A stretch of DNA of 64,000 bases from contig CAZFHY010000003.1 in assembly GCA_964519305.1 (NCBI GenBank), positions 1-64,000 of the forward strand, in the 5' to 3' direction. Of this stretch, positions 47,339 to 57,633 are shown piece after piece. The position numbers were made by a program, and so were the translations under genes. Numbering within the stretch: position 1 is the stretch's first letter; each line of letters opens with the position of its first letter. The notes under the pieces were generated by a model. It saw only the letters and a program-made list of their open reading frames with translations. It was not told where the DNA came from and did not search any database. Source of the DNA: Candidatus Undinarchaeota archaeon. Lineage in GTDB: Archaea; SpSt-1190; JASMDC01.

Positions 47339-50300
47339 GTGAAGTCGGAGGAGTGGCCAAGGGCATCTGCGAGGATCGCAGCGACCTGTGCGATCATCTC
47401 GCTCTGGTTGATGCTCGATCCCGTGACCTCCTTGTGCAATGGTGTCGCCGACAGTTGCGGTACGGGTACGGCCACAATACTCGACATAGGCCGCGTTGAT
47501 GTGGCATTTACCTTGATCGTAAGTCAGAATGACCTCGTAACAGTCCTCGGTTCTCCATCGGAGGACATGCTACAGAGAATGGTCTGCACGACAGCACGAG
47601 AGAAATTCGCTGTAGAGTTCTGCTATGCGACCTACCATTCGGCCACACGTACGCTCTATGGGCATCTGATACTTGCGGATGCATCACGTTACATTGATGA
47701 AATGGACATAGTATCGGGCGAGCTCAAGCTAGATCTTGAATATCGACCGATCGTGCGCTACCTCTTTCCAACATTGACCGTCCAGTGGGATGAGAGGGTC
47801 GTCGCGTTCGGGCGGTCGGTCTCTGCGACAAATACTGGCACTGGCGGACGCGTGCATGCCCAGTTGACGGTCCCTATCGATACGGGGCTCACCATATCAA
47901 ACGTGAACCACGCGTCCCAAATAAGCCATGGCCTGTATACACCCATCGTCGTGACCACGAGCGGCATCGAACCCACTTCTTGCCTGGTACGGGTAGTACG
48001 TGGTGAGGATATGATATTCTCCACCGCGACAGTGGGATGTGGGCCTGTCTATCTTGTCGCGAATCAAGCATGGGTCCCTGCGGCCGATTATGAACTTCAG
48101 GCACTGGCGATCACTATCGATGGAGAGAACATCAGTGCAGATATCCGTTCATCGCCCTTGGAGATAACTACGGTGTCAACATTCGTCAACCTCACGCTCT
48201 CTATTCACCGTCCATCAGGCACCCTTGTTTCCGGTGAATCCTTCGTCGCGGTGCTCGCCACGGAAGAAGCATCAGTAACATCGACGGTCAGCGTGCTCGG
48301 CCCGGACCTCAACGAGGTTGATCGACATCAGGCGGACGATTTCGACCGCTCTGAGATTGGTATCAACACCGGCGATTACGCTCTTGGAGACTATCTGGTG
48401 TTAATGCAGGCGTCACACCCTGTCGTGGGCTCGACAACGGTCTCACGACGCTTCAGGATAGTGACCGCACGTGCCGTCGAGGAGGAGGCGCCCTTCACCG
48501 ATAAACAGGAGTACACGACGGAGGAGTCGATCCGTGTGAGCTTCCCCGGCCTGAACTCTGAATGTGCGGCCTACGTTCGTGACCACGTCGGGACCGTGTA
48601 CGCATCAAGCGCTCCGCGCGAGCCATGCTCGGGCTTCTTTCTGGACATTCCCGATACCGTCCCCTCTGGTGTTTACACGCTCGATGTAGAGGTCTATCAG
48701 GGGCCTGCGCTCCGTGGGACCCGGAGGACATCGGTGCGCATCGAGCGCATAGAGCATGTGGACCGGTTGCGGGAGGTATGCCGCAAAGGCCTGCTCATGC
48801 TCACGAAGGATACAGGTGTCCCTTGCTTGGACGTGGGTAAGATATGCTCCCCTGGACCAGATGACATGCCTTACTGCCTTTGTACGAACGGTCCCGAACT
48901 CCCTAGCCGCGACCATGTCTGTCTTCCTGGTGCGACGTGTACCAAGGATGGATGTCTAGAAGGCTCGCAGGTGGTCGTTGACACGTCCGGGGGTATGTGT
49001 ACCGTACGGGCCGGCTTCCTCTTCCTGCCATGCCTCCATGAGGGTAATATTTGTTCGAAGACATCCTGCTCTTGTCTTGACACGGACGAGAGCACGGTGG
49101 ATGTCTGTTACTATGGGGAGCTATGCACGCATGATGGATGTGGTCCTCCCTCCCTCCTCGCACGGATCCGTGAGCTAGATCCTGACCATGAGCGAATCGG
49201 ACGGCTGAGACAGGGGACCGTGATTGAGGTCGAGGCCGTCCTTCGGTACAAGGACCAACCCCTGACCGATGGCGCCGATGCTAGTCTAATCATCAGGGGT
49301 ACGGAGTACCGGGCAAGGACTCGCGAGCATGAAGGCAGCGGAGTGTGGCGGTTCGGCTTCTTCGTCCGCACCGAGCTCGAACCAGGTGACTACAAAGCGT
49401 ATTTCCGGTTCTCCGCACAGGGCGAGGTGTGGTTGTCTATGCGGCCTTTTGAGGTCTGGAACGATGCTACGAGCTTCTTGGTGACCCCGCTTGGGCGATT
49501 GCAGATGACACTCGACCACGAGGACCTTATGTACGGTTCCACGCGACGCCTCCTTCTGACCGTTGAGGATGATGGGGGTGAGACAGTGGATGATCTCCCC
49601 CAGAGCGCTTTCTATGCCACTCTTGATGATGTGCCCCTTGAGGTGAGCGGGGTATCGTTCGAGCCGAGCAAGGATTACTGGGAGGTCGATGTCCTGTTAC
49701 GGAATGCCACTCCCGAGCACCTAGGTCAGGGCATGGGCGATTACAACCTCACAAAACTCACGCTCTCTGTATCGGACCTAGGCAGGGAAGGTTCCATGGA
49801 GATACCAGAGGTCCGCATCTACGTCAAGGAGAGAGCCACTCTGGAGATAGTGTCCTTCGAGCCCCGGTCATACATCTATCAGATCGAGACCAGTTTGGGG
49901 TTCGACCTTGATATCAACCTGAATATGAAACGGTTGACAGGGAACGACCTCCGGAACATTAAGATCAACATAATCAACAGGGGTGGTCTCTTGCACGGGC
50001 CTGACGGTGACGAGATGCTCCCCGATCAGAACGTCACATTTGGTTGGGATGATATTGCGCTCATCAGCACACCTGCCGGAGTACGCGCCACGGTGCGGAA
50101 CATCGCGTTCTGCAATCCTCCGGTCTTCGTCCAGCGTTCACTGGTGGTGAACGTATCCATACCGGGAGTCGTGAGCGACGAAGCGTTGCTAGCCGTTCGT
50201 GGGAATCCTACTTATTTCCTTTACCCGAAGGGCTCGGAGACGAAGGGGTGCGAACCCCTTCGTGCCGGTGAGACGTCCTACGGTGCCGTGGTCGGAGAGT

Positions 50301-50566
50301 ATCGCGTTGGACGAGATTTCGCGGTTGTTCAAGTGAGCACCTCAAAGCGCTCATGGCCACCCGATACCCGTGTGGTGTTCGAGCTGGTGCGCGGCCATCC
50401 CGAGGTGCCCGATGTATATAATTGCATCCTGGAACCAGAAGAGACCACGAAGGAGTGTGTTTTCACTGGGCTTTCTATCCGGCCAGGAACGTATGCCATG
50501 GCCGCCTCAATCCAGACCGGCGACATCGTCCTGCGAAAGGTCGCTGATAAAGTGGTGGTCACATGA
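47339..50566 (+). CDS. Secreted multi-Ig-like protein with internal Cys-rich segment; first gene of a three-gene operon
   Basis: TTATAAG at 47307-47313, then GTG 47339; signal-like RIAATCAIISLWLML; FTDKQEY...SGVYTLDV Ig-type strands; ATGA overlap with the next gene. Confidence 0.78.
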   Translation: MKSEEWPRASARIAATCAIISLWLMLDPVTSLCNGVADSCGTGTATILDIGRVDVAFTLIVSQNDLVTVLGSPSEDMLQRMVCTTAREKFAVEFCYATYHSATRTLYGHLILADASRYIDEMDIVSGELKLDLEYRPIVRYLFPTLTVQWDERVVAFGRSVSATNTGTGGRVHAQLTVPIDTGLTISNVNHASQISHGLYTPIVVTTSGIEPTSCLVRVVRGEDMIFSTATVGCGPVYLVANQAWVPAADYELQALAITIDGENISADIRSSPLEITTVSTFVNLTLSIHRPSGTLVSGESFVAVLATEEASVTSTVSVLGPDLNEVDRHQADDFDRSEIGINTGDYALGDYLVLMQASHPVVGSTTVSRRFRIVTARAVEEEAPFTDKQEYTTEESIRVSFPGLNSECAAYVRDHVGTVYASSAPREPCSGFFLDIPDTVPSGVYTLDVEVYQGPALRGTRRTSVRIERIEHVDRLREVCRKGLLMLTKDTGVPCLDVGKICSPGPDDMPYCLCTNGPELPSRDHVCLPGATCTKDGCLEGSQVVVDTSGGMCTVRAGFLFLPCLHEGNICSKTSCSCLDTDESTVDVCYYGELCTHDGCGPPSLLARIRELDPDHERIGRLRQGTVIEVEAVLRYKDQPLTDGADASLIIRGTEYRARTREHEGSGVWRFGFFVRTELEPGDYKAYFRFSAQGEVWLSMRPFEVWNDATSFLVTPLGRLQMTLDHEDLMYGSTRRLLLTVEDDGGETVDDLPQSAFYATLDDVPLEVSGVSFEPSKDYWEVDVLLRNATPEHLGQGMGDYNLTKLTLSVSDLGREGSMEIPEVRIYVKERATLEIVSFEPRSYIYQIETSLGFDLDINLNMKRLTGNDLRNIKINIINRGGLLHGPDGDEMLPDQNVTFGWDDIALISTPAGVRATVRNIAFCNPPVFVQRSLVVNVSIPGVVSDEALLAVRGNPTYFLYPKGSETKGCEPLRAGETSYGAVVGEYRVGRDFAVVQVSTSKRSWPPDTRVVFELVRGHPEVPDVYNCILEPEETTKECVFTGLSIRPGTYAMAASIQTGDIVLRKVADKVVVT

Positions 50567-52410
50567 GGACCCGGATCACCACGTCTTCGGGCAAGCGCGG
50601 TCAGATGGCGCTCATAGCGATGCTTGCATTTGTCCTAGTCGTGTTCACGGTCATTATGGGTATAATGCGCAGCCGTGCCATCGAGCGTAACACGGAATCG
50701 GACCGTAACCGTTTGGAGGACGAACGGACCACGGACCTCCAGCTCTCACGGATCGTGGACGAGTCCTTACGGGAGAGCGTTCATGCAGCTGCAAAAGAGA
50801 TTGGCTCGCACGGTGGTTATCGCGCAGAGAACGTACCGCCGCTCGTGCTCTCGGGGATCCCCTTCTGGTTCCATGACGGTGTCATCCTCCAGGTCCCATC
50901 ACATGAGGCCGTGGAGGCCGCTGTACGCACAGAGGCACAGGTGCGTCTTCGCCAAGAGCTCGAAAGGATCGTATCACTCCCTGAACATGAAAGGCTCGGT
51001 CTCAAGCTCAAGATGGTATCGTTCATGCTCACCATGAGCGAATCGAACATTGTCTCAGAAGCTAAGATAGAGATGGAATATAGCCCCGGGGACGCGATAA
51101 AGCGCACGACACTCACACCGGCCGTTACTGCCCACCTCCGTCTTGAGCACCTTCGACAGCGAATGGTCGCCGTTTTCGACTACCTGATTGAGAACCGCAC
51201 CGTACGTGACCGCCTCTTCGACGTTATGGGGGATGACATGCGCATCCCCAATCCCAAGGGGAGCGAGCCTGCTGAATGTGGGAACGTAACAATCCCTGGA
51301 TCCACTATCGGGGACGCTATGGGCGAGGACGCCTCGCTGGTAGCCATCCAAGTGCTGTCTCAGATACGTCGGAACGGAACATTGACAGAGGCAGAGCTTC
51401 AGTGGCGCATGGCACCTGTTATGAGCGAGCTTGAGTTCGCGCTTAGGGACCGGTTCGGTTATACGAACAAGGTGGTCAAGGAAAGTATCCCGTTCATTCT
51501 TGGTACGTGTCAACGGTCGTGGCGCGTGAACTACAACCTCACCCTTCCGATTGTCATCTCTGCTGTGGACCTGCGCAGGAGCGCTCGTGTGGTCGGTGGC
51601 GACGATGTGAGCGTCGTGTCGCCCCTTTCGTTCAATGCCGTGTTCCAAGCAAGGATCGTCGAGAACCAGGCCATTGAACGTCAAACGGGAGCCACAAGCA
51701 CCGATGATGGATGTGTTGGGAAGTGCTCGATCACCCTCACAGTGGACGACGATGATCCCGATGATGGCCTTCCCTTACTAGAGAGTGTTGCTGTTGAGGG
51801 GTGCGACCTCGATCTCGGTACAACCTCACAGCTGGATGGCCAGGAGTTCACAGAAGTGCCCTGTGGCGATGTAGCGCTCACGATACGGCCTCGCCCCGGG
51901 ACCGATCGCTTCGGGATAGATACAAGACACCGTCTTACTGAGGGTGAGGACGCAGAGCTTGAGCTGGTCCTCCGGTCAACTGCATCGCTCAACGGGACTG
52001 TAGTAAGGCAGAGGAGGGTGCTCTGTGTGGCGGGTTCCGAGGAGTCCTGTATTGGTCATACCCATGAAACCGGTACTGACATTCTTGGTTTCATCGTCGG
52101 CGTCCCGCCCAGATATGTTGAGGTCGTACTCGCGTCGCTGGAGGCCCAGGACCTCGTCTTCGTGACGCGTGCCGACGAGGATGGTAAATACAGCTTCCCG
52201 CATGTCCGTTCAGGGACCTATGTGGTAGCGAGTCTTCCATCACGGGACAACCTGGGTAATCCCGGGTTCAAGGTGCTCCCCTCGATGGAGCACATCGTGC
52301 TCTCGCCTGGCGAGAACGAACACACAATAGTCCTCCAGCCTTTTAGCCCCGTACGGGATAAGGAAGGTTGGACGACCATCGATACCGTGGAGGCGTGTGA
52401 GACATGCTAA
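50563..52410 (+). CDS. Class III signal-peptide (pilin/archaellin-type) protein with C-terminal transthyretin/carboxypeptidase-regulatory-like domain
   Basis: SSGKRG|QMALIAMLAFVLVVFTVIMGIM; IGSHGGY...IPFW...VPS motif; TRADEDGKYSFPHVRSGTY. Confidence 0.8.
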   Translation: MRTRITTSSGKRGQMALIAMLAFVLVVFTVIMGIMRSRAIERNTESDRNRLEDERTTDLQLSRIVDESLRESVHAAAKEIGSHGGYRAENVPPLVLSGIPFWFHDGVILQVPSHEAVEAAVRTEAQVRLRQELERIVSLPEHERLGLKLKMVSFMLTMSESNIVSEAKIEMEYSPGDAIKRTTLTPAVTAHLRLEHLRQRMVAVFDYLIENRTVRDRLFDVMGDDMRIPNPKGSEPAECGNVTIPGSTIGDAMGEDASLVAIQVLSQIRRNGTLTEAELQWRMAPVMSELEFALRDRFGYTNKVVKESIPFILGTCQRSWRVNYNLTLPIVISAVDLRRSARVVGGDDVSVVSPLSFNAVFQARIVENQAIERQTGATSTDDGCVGKCSITLTVDDDDPDDGLPLLESVAVEGCDLDLGTTSQLDGQEFTEVPCGDVALTIRPRPGTDRFGIDTRHRLTEGEDAELELVLRSTASLNGTVVRQRRVLCVAGSEESCIGHTHETGTDILGFIVGVPPRYVEVVLASLEAQDLVFVTRADEDGKYSFPHVRSGTYVVASLPSRDNLGNPGFKVLPSMEHIVLSPGENEHTIVLQPFSPVRDKEGWTTIDTVEACETC

Positions 52411-55400
52411 CCATAACAAAACATCACCGGAAAAGGGATCAAGGTCTATGGCGCAGCACATTCGCGTTCATAATCCTCATGATAGCCCTTATCCCAGCCA
52501 CGGGGCTCCGCACGTCATGTACAGCGAGCCTCACTGATGGCATCCCGGATCCCGATGCCACTCATGCTATAGTGGGTGGATTCCACATGATCCCCCATGC
52601 CCTGTGTGAGGAGGGTAAGGCGTACGATGGATGCTGCCGTCATGGGGAAGGGCTCCCGTGTGCGCCTGAACTTGTGGCGAACTCCAGTTGCTGTGTTGGT
52701 GATGACCGCGGGGTCCAACGAGAAGCCGTGCTTGTGTTCGAGCTGAAGGAGCACCGACCGTTCAGGGCGGCCACCATCACGCTCGTGCATGCGTGCCATC
52801 CGGCCGAGACCGGAGGACAGTGCCATGCTGAGAGCCCGATGGTGCTCAACTATTGCGAAGGCGGATCCTGCAGTTCCTCTGCGGTGGGATGTGACGACGG
52901 TACACTCTCCGATGCCGATGTGACGTGCACGGGTAGCGGGACATGCACTGTTCTGCGGACCGTGGACGCGGCCATCGAGCAAGCGATGCAGGCAGGGTGG
53001 GACACAGTTACCTTCCGTGTAGCACCTGTATCGTCCACCTACGTCCGTACATGGCCCGTCCCGGCTTTGTGCACATCACTAGGTGATGCATGTGCTGCGG
53101 TCACTTCGGCCCCCGCCACGAGGCTCTCCCTCGTCTATGGGGAACCCGGCGCTCCCGTTCTCACCATCCATGACAGCTGCAAGGCAGGCACCCAGTGCAA
53201 ACCGGGTGAGGAATGGGAGTGCGTTGATCTCGACGATGATGGCACGGGGAACTGTGGTGAGTGCACCGATGAGCCCGGCGCCCCCTGCTTGGACGACAAT
53301 GGCAGAAAGGGTTACTGCTGCGGAGGCCAGTGTGCGACTATGGGGCCTGTGTGGGCCGATTCTGACGATGACGGTCGTGCTGACTCGGGTATAGATCCCT
53401 GTGGTGAGAGCGACTGCACCGCGACGCTCGTATGCTCAAGTGGTTCATGGTCGTGTGGATCGACCGGGGAAGGTTGCTGTACAGAGGAAGGACTGCGCTC
53501 GTGCGATGACACAGGGACCTGCACGTCAGGAACACCACAGGACTGTGGGAGCGATTCATGCGCGGCGGGCGCCTGCCGGACCCCCTGCGGTGTGGGCGGC
53601 TCCTGTCCCTCTGGCCACCACTGCGTCAATCTGGAAGGCATATTGGTTTGTTTGAAGCTCTGCAGCTCAGTTGGCCAGTGCGAATCGGGTGAATCATGCT
53701 TCGATACCAATGCAAATGGAGGCCCGGACGCATGCGGACCCTGCGCTATCGACGGCGTTCGCTGTACTGGTGTCGATGGGACTGGCTACTGCTGTCGCGG
53801 TGCGTGCGTCTATACGAGCATCGGCGACACGAACGACGATAATAAGCTGGCCGCGGGTGATACCTGCGGGACGACAGGCTGTTCGGGTAGCCCCGTTTGC
53901 ACGATCTCGGGCACAGGACCTGCGTGGACCTGCTCGACCGAGGGATCATCATGCTGTACGAACGTCGGTCAGGGCATCTGTAGCGACCTCCAGTGTCAGA
54001 ACGCGGTCTCGTGCGGAGCGTACGCATGCACGGATGGTGGATGTACCAGCTCGTGCGACTCGCCCGATGATTGTGCGAGCCTGGACGCTTGCATCGATGT
54101 CGAGGGGACACATGTACCGCAGACATGCGGTGACTGCTCTGAGCATGAAGGAAGTCCTTGTATCACATCCAGTGGTAGCACGGGTCTTTGCTGCGCTGGT
54201 GAGTGCCGGCTCGGGGAAGGACGAGGTGTAACATGTGGTCGCGATTGCCATTGCACCGAGGACCTCGCTTGCGCCGAAGGATTGGGTGTATGCCTCACGG
54301 GACCAGGAGGTGCCTGCGAAGAGAACGGGGACTGCGCGTCGGGCTGCTGTGCTGGCGGGATGTGCTTCCAGCGCGGTGCCGGTCTGCTTGATGATCCTTG
54401 TGGTGCGGATTGCGAGTGTAGTGACGGTCTGGCATGTGGCGGCGGTCGCTGTCGACGGGAGCTCGGGGCCTCGTGCGACGGTGCCTTCGACTGTGCCTCC
54501 GGATGTTGTGTGCATGGTTCTTGCATAGGATCTGAGAAGGTGTTGGGTGGGAGCCCCTGCCTCGCCGACTGCCAGTGCACGCAAGGCTTCGCCTGCCACC
54601 GTAGCGATCCTACGGACACTACCGGCGTCTGCCTGGTGGCCACATCAAAGACATGCACCTCGCACTATGCCTGTGTCTCGGGCTGCTGCGCCGACGGTGT
54701 ATGCGTTGATGATAGGACGCTGCCCGTTCGTGATGCATGCACCGAGAATTGTCAGTGCTCAGAAAGCATGGCCTGCCTCGATAACATCTGTCTCGTACCA
54801 TTGGGTGGATCGTGTGCGGCAGGCAACGAGTGCGAGCTCGGTGTGTGTGTTAACGAGACCTGTGTCGCACGGGGCGATAAGGGCCTCGATGATACATGTG
54901 CACTGGAGAACGAGTGCGCTGACGGGCTCACGTGCGTCAATGGCATCTGCCTGTTCAATCTAGGAAAGCTGGCCACCTCGAGCACTCAGTGCGCCTCGGA
55001 CTGTGCCAGTGGTGGAGTGTGCATCGAGCCGAAATCAATTATCCATCTGAGCCTGTGCAACGATCCATGCGCGTGCCAGCAGGGACTTATCTGCAATGCA
55101 ATCAAGGGCGTCTGCCTCCGTGACGTGGGTGGTTCTTGCGGAGCCCACAGTGACTGCGACCGGGGATGTTGTGCGGACGACAAATGTGCTGCTGCCGGAG
55201 TCAAGGAGGTGGGTAAGTCCTGTACCATCGACTGCGAATGCACGTCATGGGTGTGCGCGGCCGGGAAATGCGCATCGGCGCGCCCGTGTGCGACCGCGGC
55301 CGACTGTATGGTAGAGCTTGAGCGCAAGCTATGCGTGGACGGAGTCTGCAAGGCGCGGTGCGAACCGGAAGGCCTTCAGTGCGACGGATCCAACGTAACA

Positions 55401-57620
55401 GGCTTCTGCTGTGCGGAATCATGCCTTGCACTCGTTCCGGGCCTGATCGATAGTGTACCGGCTGGAGCTTGCGGAGAGGGGCCGTGCGGCGGTGCTCTGA
55501 GCTGCATTGGAGGCACATGGACCTGCTCTTCGATCAATCGAACCTGTTGCACAAGGGACTGGCGAGGGATATGCTCCTTCTCTGGAGTGTGCGATGCGCA
55601 TGAGTCCTGCGATGACCGATGTGAGACCGATCTCGCCATCGCACGGGCATGTGACAAGGGTAGCTGCGTGGAGACGGGACGCCAGAACTGCACCTCGGAC
55701 TTCAAGTTCTGCCGGGAGGGAGCATGCTCGGGCTGCCTTACCGATCCCGAGTGCAGGTTGTTCAATAAGTGCGAGGATACGGTCCACATCGGTTACTCAT
55801 GCTTCGGGGGCACGTGCAATCCCCGTGAACAGGATTGTCGATACAATGCCCTGATCTGTCAACCTGGCGGCTGCACAGGGTGCACGACCGACGAGGAATG
55901 TTCGAAGCTTTATGGTCCCGAGATTACCTGCGACTCGCTACGCCATCGTTGCCGTTCGCTCAACTGCGCGGTGGACGACGACTGCACCAACCTATGTAAT
56001 GAGAACACACACATCGAGTACCTCTGTCATGACTTCATGTGCAAGCGCGGTGACGAGGTACCGTGCACGGGGGGAAAAGTATGTTCTCTCGTAGGCTGTA
56101 GTGACTGCCATCGGGACCGTGACTGTGTAATCCATTATGGAATGGACTTCACCTGTCGCGACGGTGTATGCCGGAGGTCATGTGGTGATGGCCGCTGTGA
56201 ACCTACTAGCGGCGAGGACTGTGTCCGGTGCCCCGTTGACTGCATCTGCAACGCAGCCGTGCTATGCGATCCGTCGTCGATGATGACGGACGAGATGGGT
56301 TGTGTGGCGGACTCAGATGCGGACCGATTCCCTGATGACCAGGATCCTGACGTAAAGACCGAGGGTGAACCCTGTCTCAGACCGGACGACTGTCATGCCG
56401 TATGTCGACGCGGCGAAGCGGTATCGCGCGCATGTATCGGAGGATTCTGCGAGGTAATCGAGTACGACCTCTGTCACGAACGCGACCAGATGTGCGACGA
56501 CGGTGAATGTACTCCTTGCACTGGTGACGATGGCTGCCGTGCGATCTACGGACCGCTCTACGTTTGCGCGGATAAACTCTGCCGTCGTGATATCGATGGT
56601 GACGGCGTCCATGATGATGCTGATGGCTGTCAGCGCGATCCCCTCCGCACCGAGGGGTGCGAATGGAACGAGACCTGCAAGACCGGGACCCGGGACTGCA
56701 GGACATCTTCAGCATGCACCTGTGATGAGGGAAAGGTCTGCGATCCCTTCCGGCCGAAGGCCGATGATCGTGGATGCGTGACTCCTAGATGTGGTGACGA
56801 AATCTGTGACCGGCCGCATGAACGTGGGCTGACGTGTTGTACGGACTGTGGCTGTCTGCGTGGTGAGCTGTGTGACGAGCGCACTGATGTGTGCATGGCC
56901 GGTTGCGGTGACGGAACGTGCGTTCCTGTTGAGTGCGGCTACTGTGTGCTCGACTGTTCGCCCGGTACGTGTCGTAACGATGTATGTGACCGCGCAATCG
57001 GGGAGACCGCAGAGAACACACCCGACTGTAACAGCTCTGTGGAGATCCACGCCCTTCTCCGCCATGAGGTGGCGGAGGCTGAAGCGATCGAACTCCCTCT
57101 CCAGATCAGGAACACGGGGAACGTCCCTACGAGCTTCACGGTCCACCTCAAGGCAGAGAACGCTCGTCTCGGGCTGCGTGAGGTGGCCACTCCGGTAATC
57201 CCGGCGGGCAAATCACACGGATTCATGCTCAACCTCCAGCTCACGTCCGGTTCGGGTCCAGCAACGGTGGAGGTCCGGGCCGTGTCGGACAAGGATCCGT
57301 CCGTGAACGCCGTCCAGACCGTAGTAGTGGAACAGTCCACAATTTCCTATCTATCCCGGGCGCTAAGTGGATCTATCCTCACAGAACTACCACGGAACCA
57401 GATGGTGGTGGCTATCGTCGTCGGGACCTTCCTTGCGCTCTGGGCTTTGGTCGTTGTCCTCGTACTCCTTGTCAAGGTCGGCACCCGAACACGCCGTCCA
57501 AAACCGCTCACCGAGTACCCTGACGGCAATGCTTACGATTCTTACTATGCAGCCTCCAACAATCCATCTGGTGGAGGATACCCTTCTGCTGGCTACCGCA
57601 TGAATCAGGGACCTCAGTGA
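52404..57620 (+). CDS. Very Cys-rich single-pass surface protein (1738 aa) with Tyr-containing cytoplasmic tail
   Basis: Signal STFAFIILMIALIPATG; many CxxxxxCxSGxCxxGxC and CGDGxC repeats; DIDGDGVHDDAD; Ig-like domain; TM MVVAIVVGTFLALWALVVVLVLLV; tail ...AYDSYYAAS. Confidence 0.88.
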   Translation: MLTITKHHRKRDQGLWRSTFAFIILMIALIPATGLRTSCTASLTDGIPDPDATHAIVGGFHMIPHALCEEGKAYDGCCRHGEGLPCAPELVANSSCCVGDDRGVQREAVLVFELKEHRPFRAATITLVHACHPAETGGQCHAESPMVLNYCEGGSCSSSAVGCDDGTLSDADVTCTGSGTCTVLRTVDAAIEQAMQAGWDTVTFRVAPVSSTYVRTWPVPALCTSLGDACAAVTSAPATRLSLVYGEPGAPVLTIHDSCKAGTQCKPGEEWECVDLDDDGTGNCGECTDEPGAPCLDDNGRKGYCCGGQCATMGPVWADSDDDGRADSGIDPCGESDCTATLVCSSGSWSCGSTGEGCCTEEGLRSCDDTGTCTSGTPQDCGSDSCAAGACRTPCGVGGSCPSGHHCVNLEGILVCLKLCSSVGQCESGESCFDTNANGGPDACGPCAIDGVRCTGVDGTGYCCRGACVYTSIGDTNDDNKLAAGDTCGTTGCSGSPVCTISGTGPAWTCSTEGSSCCTNVGQGICSDLQCQNAVSCGAYACTDGGCTSSCDSPDDCASLDACIDVEGTHVPQTCGDCSEHEGSPCITSSGSTGLCCAGECRLGEGRGVTCGRDCHCTEDLACAEGLGVCLTGPGGACEENGDCASGCCAGGMCFQRGAGLLDDPCGADCECSDGLACGGGRCRRELGASCDGAFDCASGCCVHGSCIGSEKVLGGSPCLADCQCTQGFACHRSDPTDTTGVCLVATSKTCTSHYACVSGCCADGVCVDDRTLPVRDACTENCQCSESMACLDNICLVPLGGSCAAGNECELGVCVNETCVARGDKGLDDTCALENECADGLTCVNGICLFNLGKLATSSTQCASDCASGGVCIEPKSIIHLSLCNDPCACQQGLICNAIKGVCLRDVGGSCGAHSDCDRGCCADDKCAAAGVKEVGKSCTIDCECTSWVCAAGKCASARPCATAADCMVELERKLCVDGVCKARCEPEGLQCDGSNVTGFCCAESCLALVPGLIDSVPAGACGEGPCGGALSCIGGTWTCSSINRTCCTRDWRGICSFSGVCDAHESCDDRCETDLAIARACDKGSCVETGRQNCTSDFKFCREGACSGCLTDPECRLFNKCEDTVHIGYSCFGGTCNPREQDCRYNALICQPGGCTGCTTDEECSKLYGPEITCDSLRHRCRSLNCAVDDDCTNLCNENTHIEYLCHDFMCKRGDEVPCTGGKVCSLVGCSDCHRDRDCVIHYGMDFTCRDGVCRRSCGDGRCEPTSGEDCVRCPVDCICNAAVLCDPSSMMTDEMGCVADSDADRFPDDQDPDVKTEGEPCLRPDDCHAVCRRGEAVSRACIGGFCEVIEYDLCHERDQMCDDGECTPCTGDDGCRAIYGPLYVCADKLCRRDIDGDGVHDDADGCQRDPLRTEGCEWNETCKTGTRDCRTSSACTCDEGKVCDPFRPKADDRGCVTPRCGDEICDRPHERGLTCCTDCGCLRGELCDERTDVCMAGCGDGTCVPVECGYCVLDCSPGTCRNDVCDRAIGETAENTPDCNSSVEIHALLRHEVAEAEAIELPLQIRNTGNVPTSFTVHLKAENARLGLREVATPVIPAGKSHGFMLNLQLTSGSGPATVEVRAVSDKDPSVNAVQTVVVEQSTISYLSRALSGSILTELPRNQMVVAIVVGTFLALWALVVVLVLLVKVGTRTRRPKPLTEYPDGNAYDSYYAASNNPSGGGYPSAGYRMNQGPQ

Positions 57621-57633
57621 GGTCAGGTCATAT

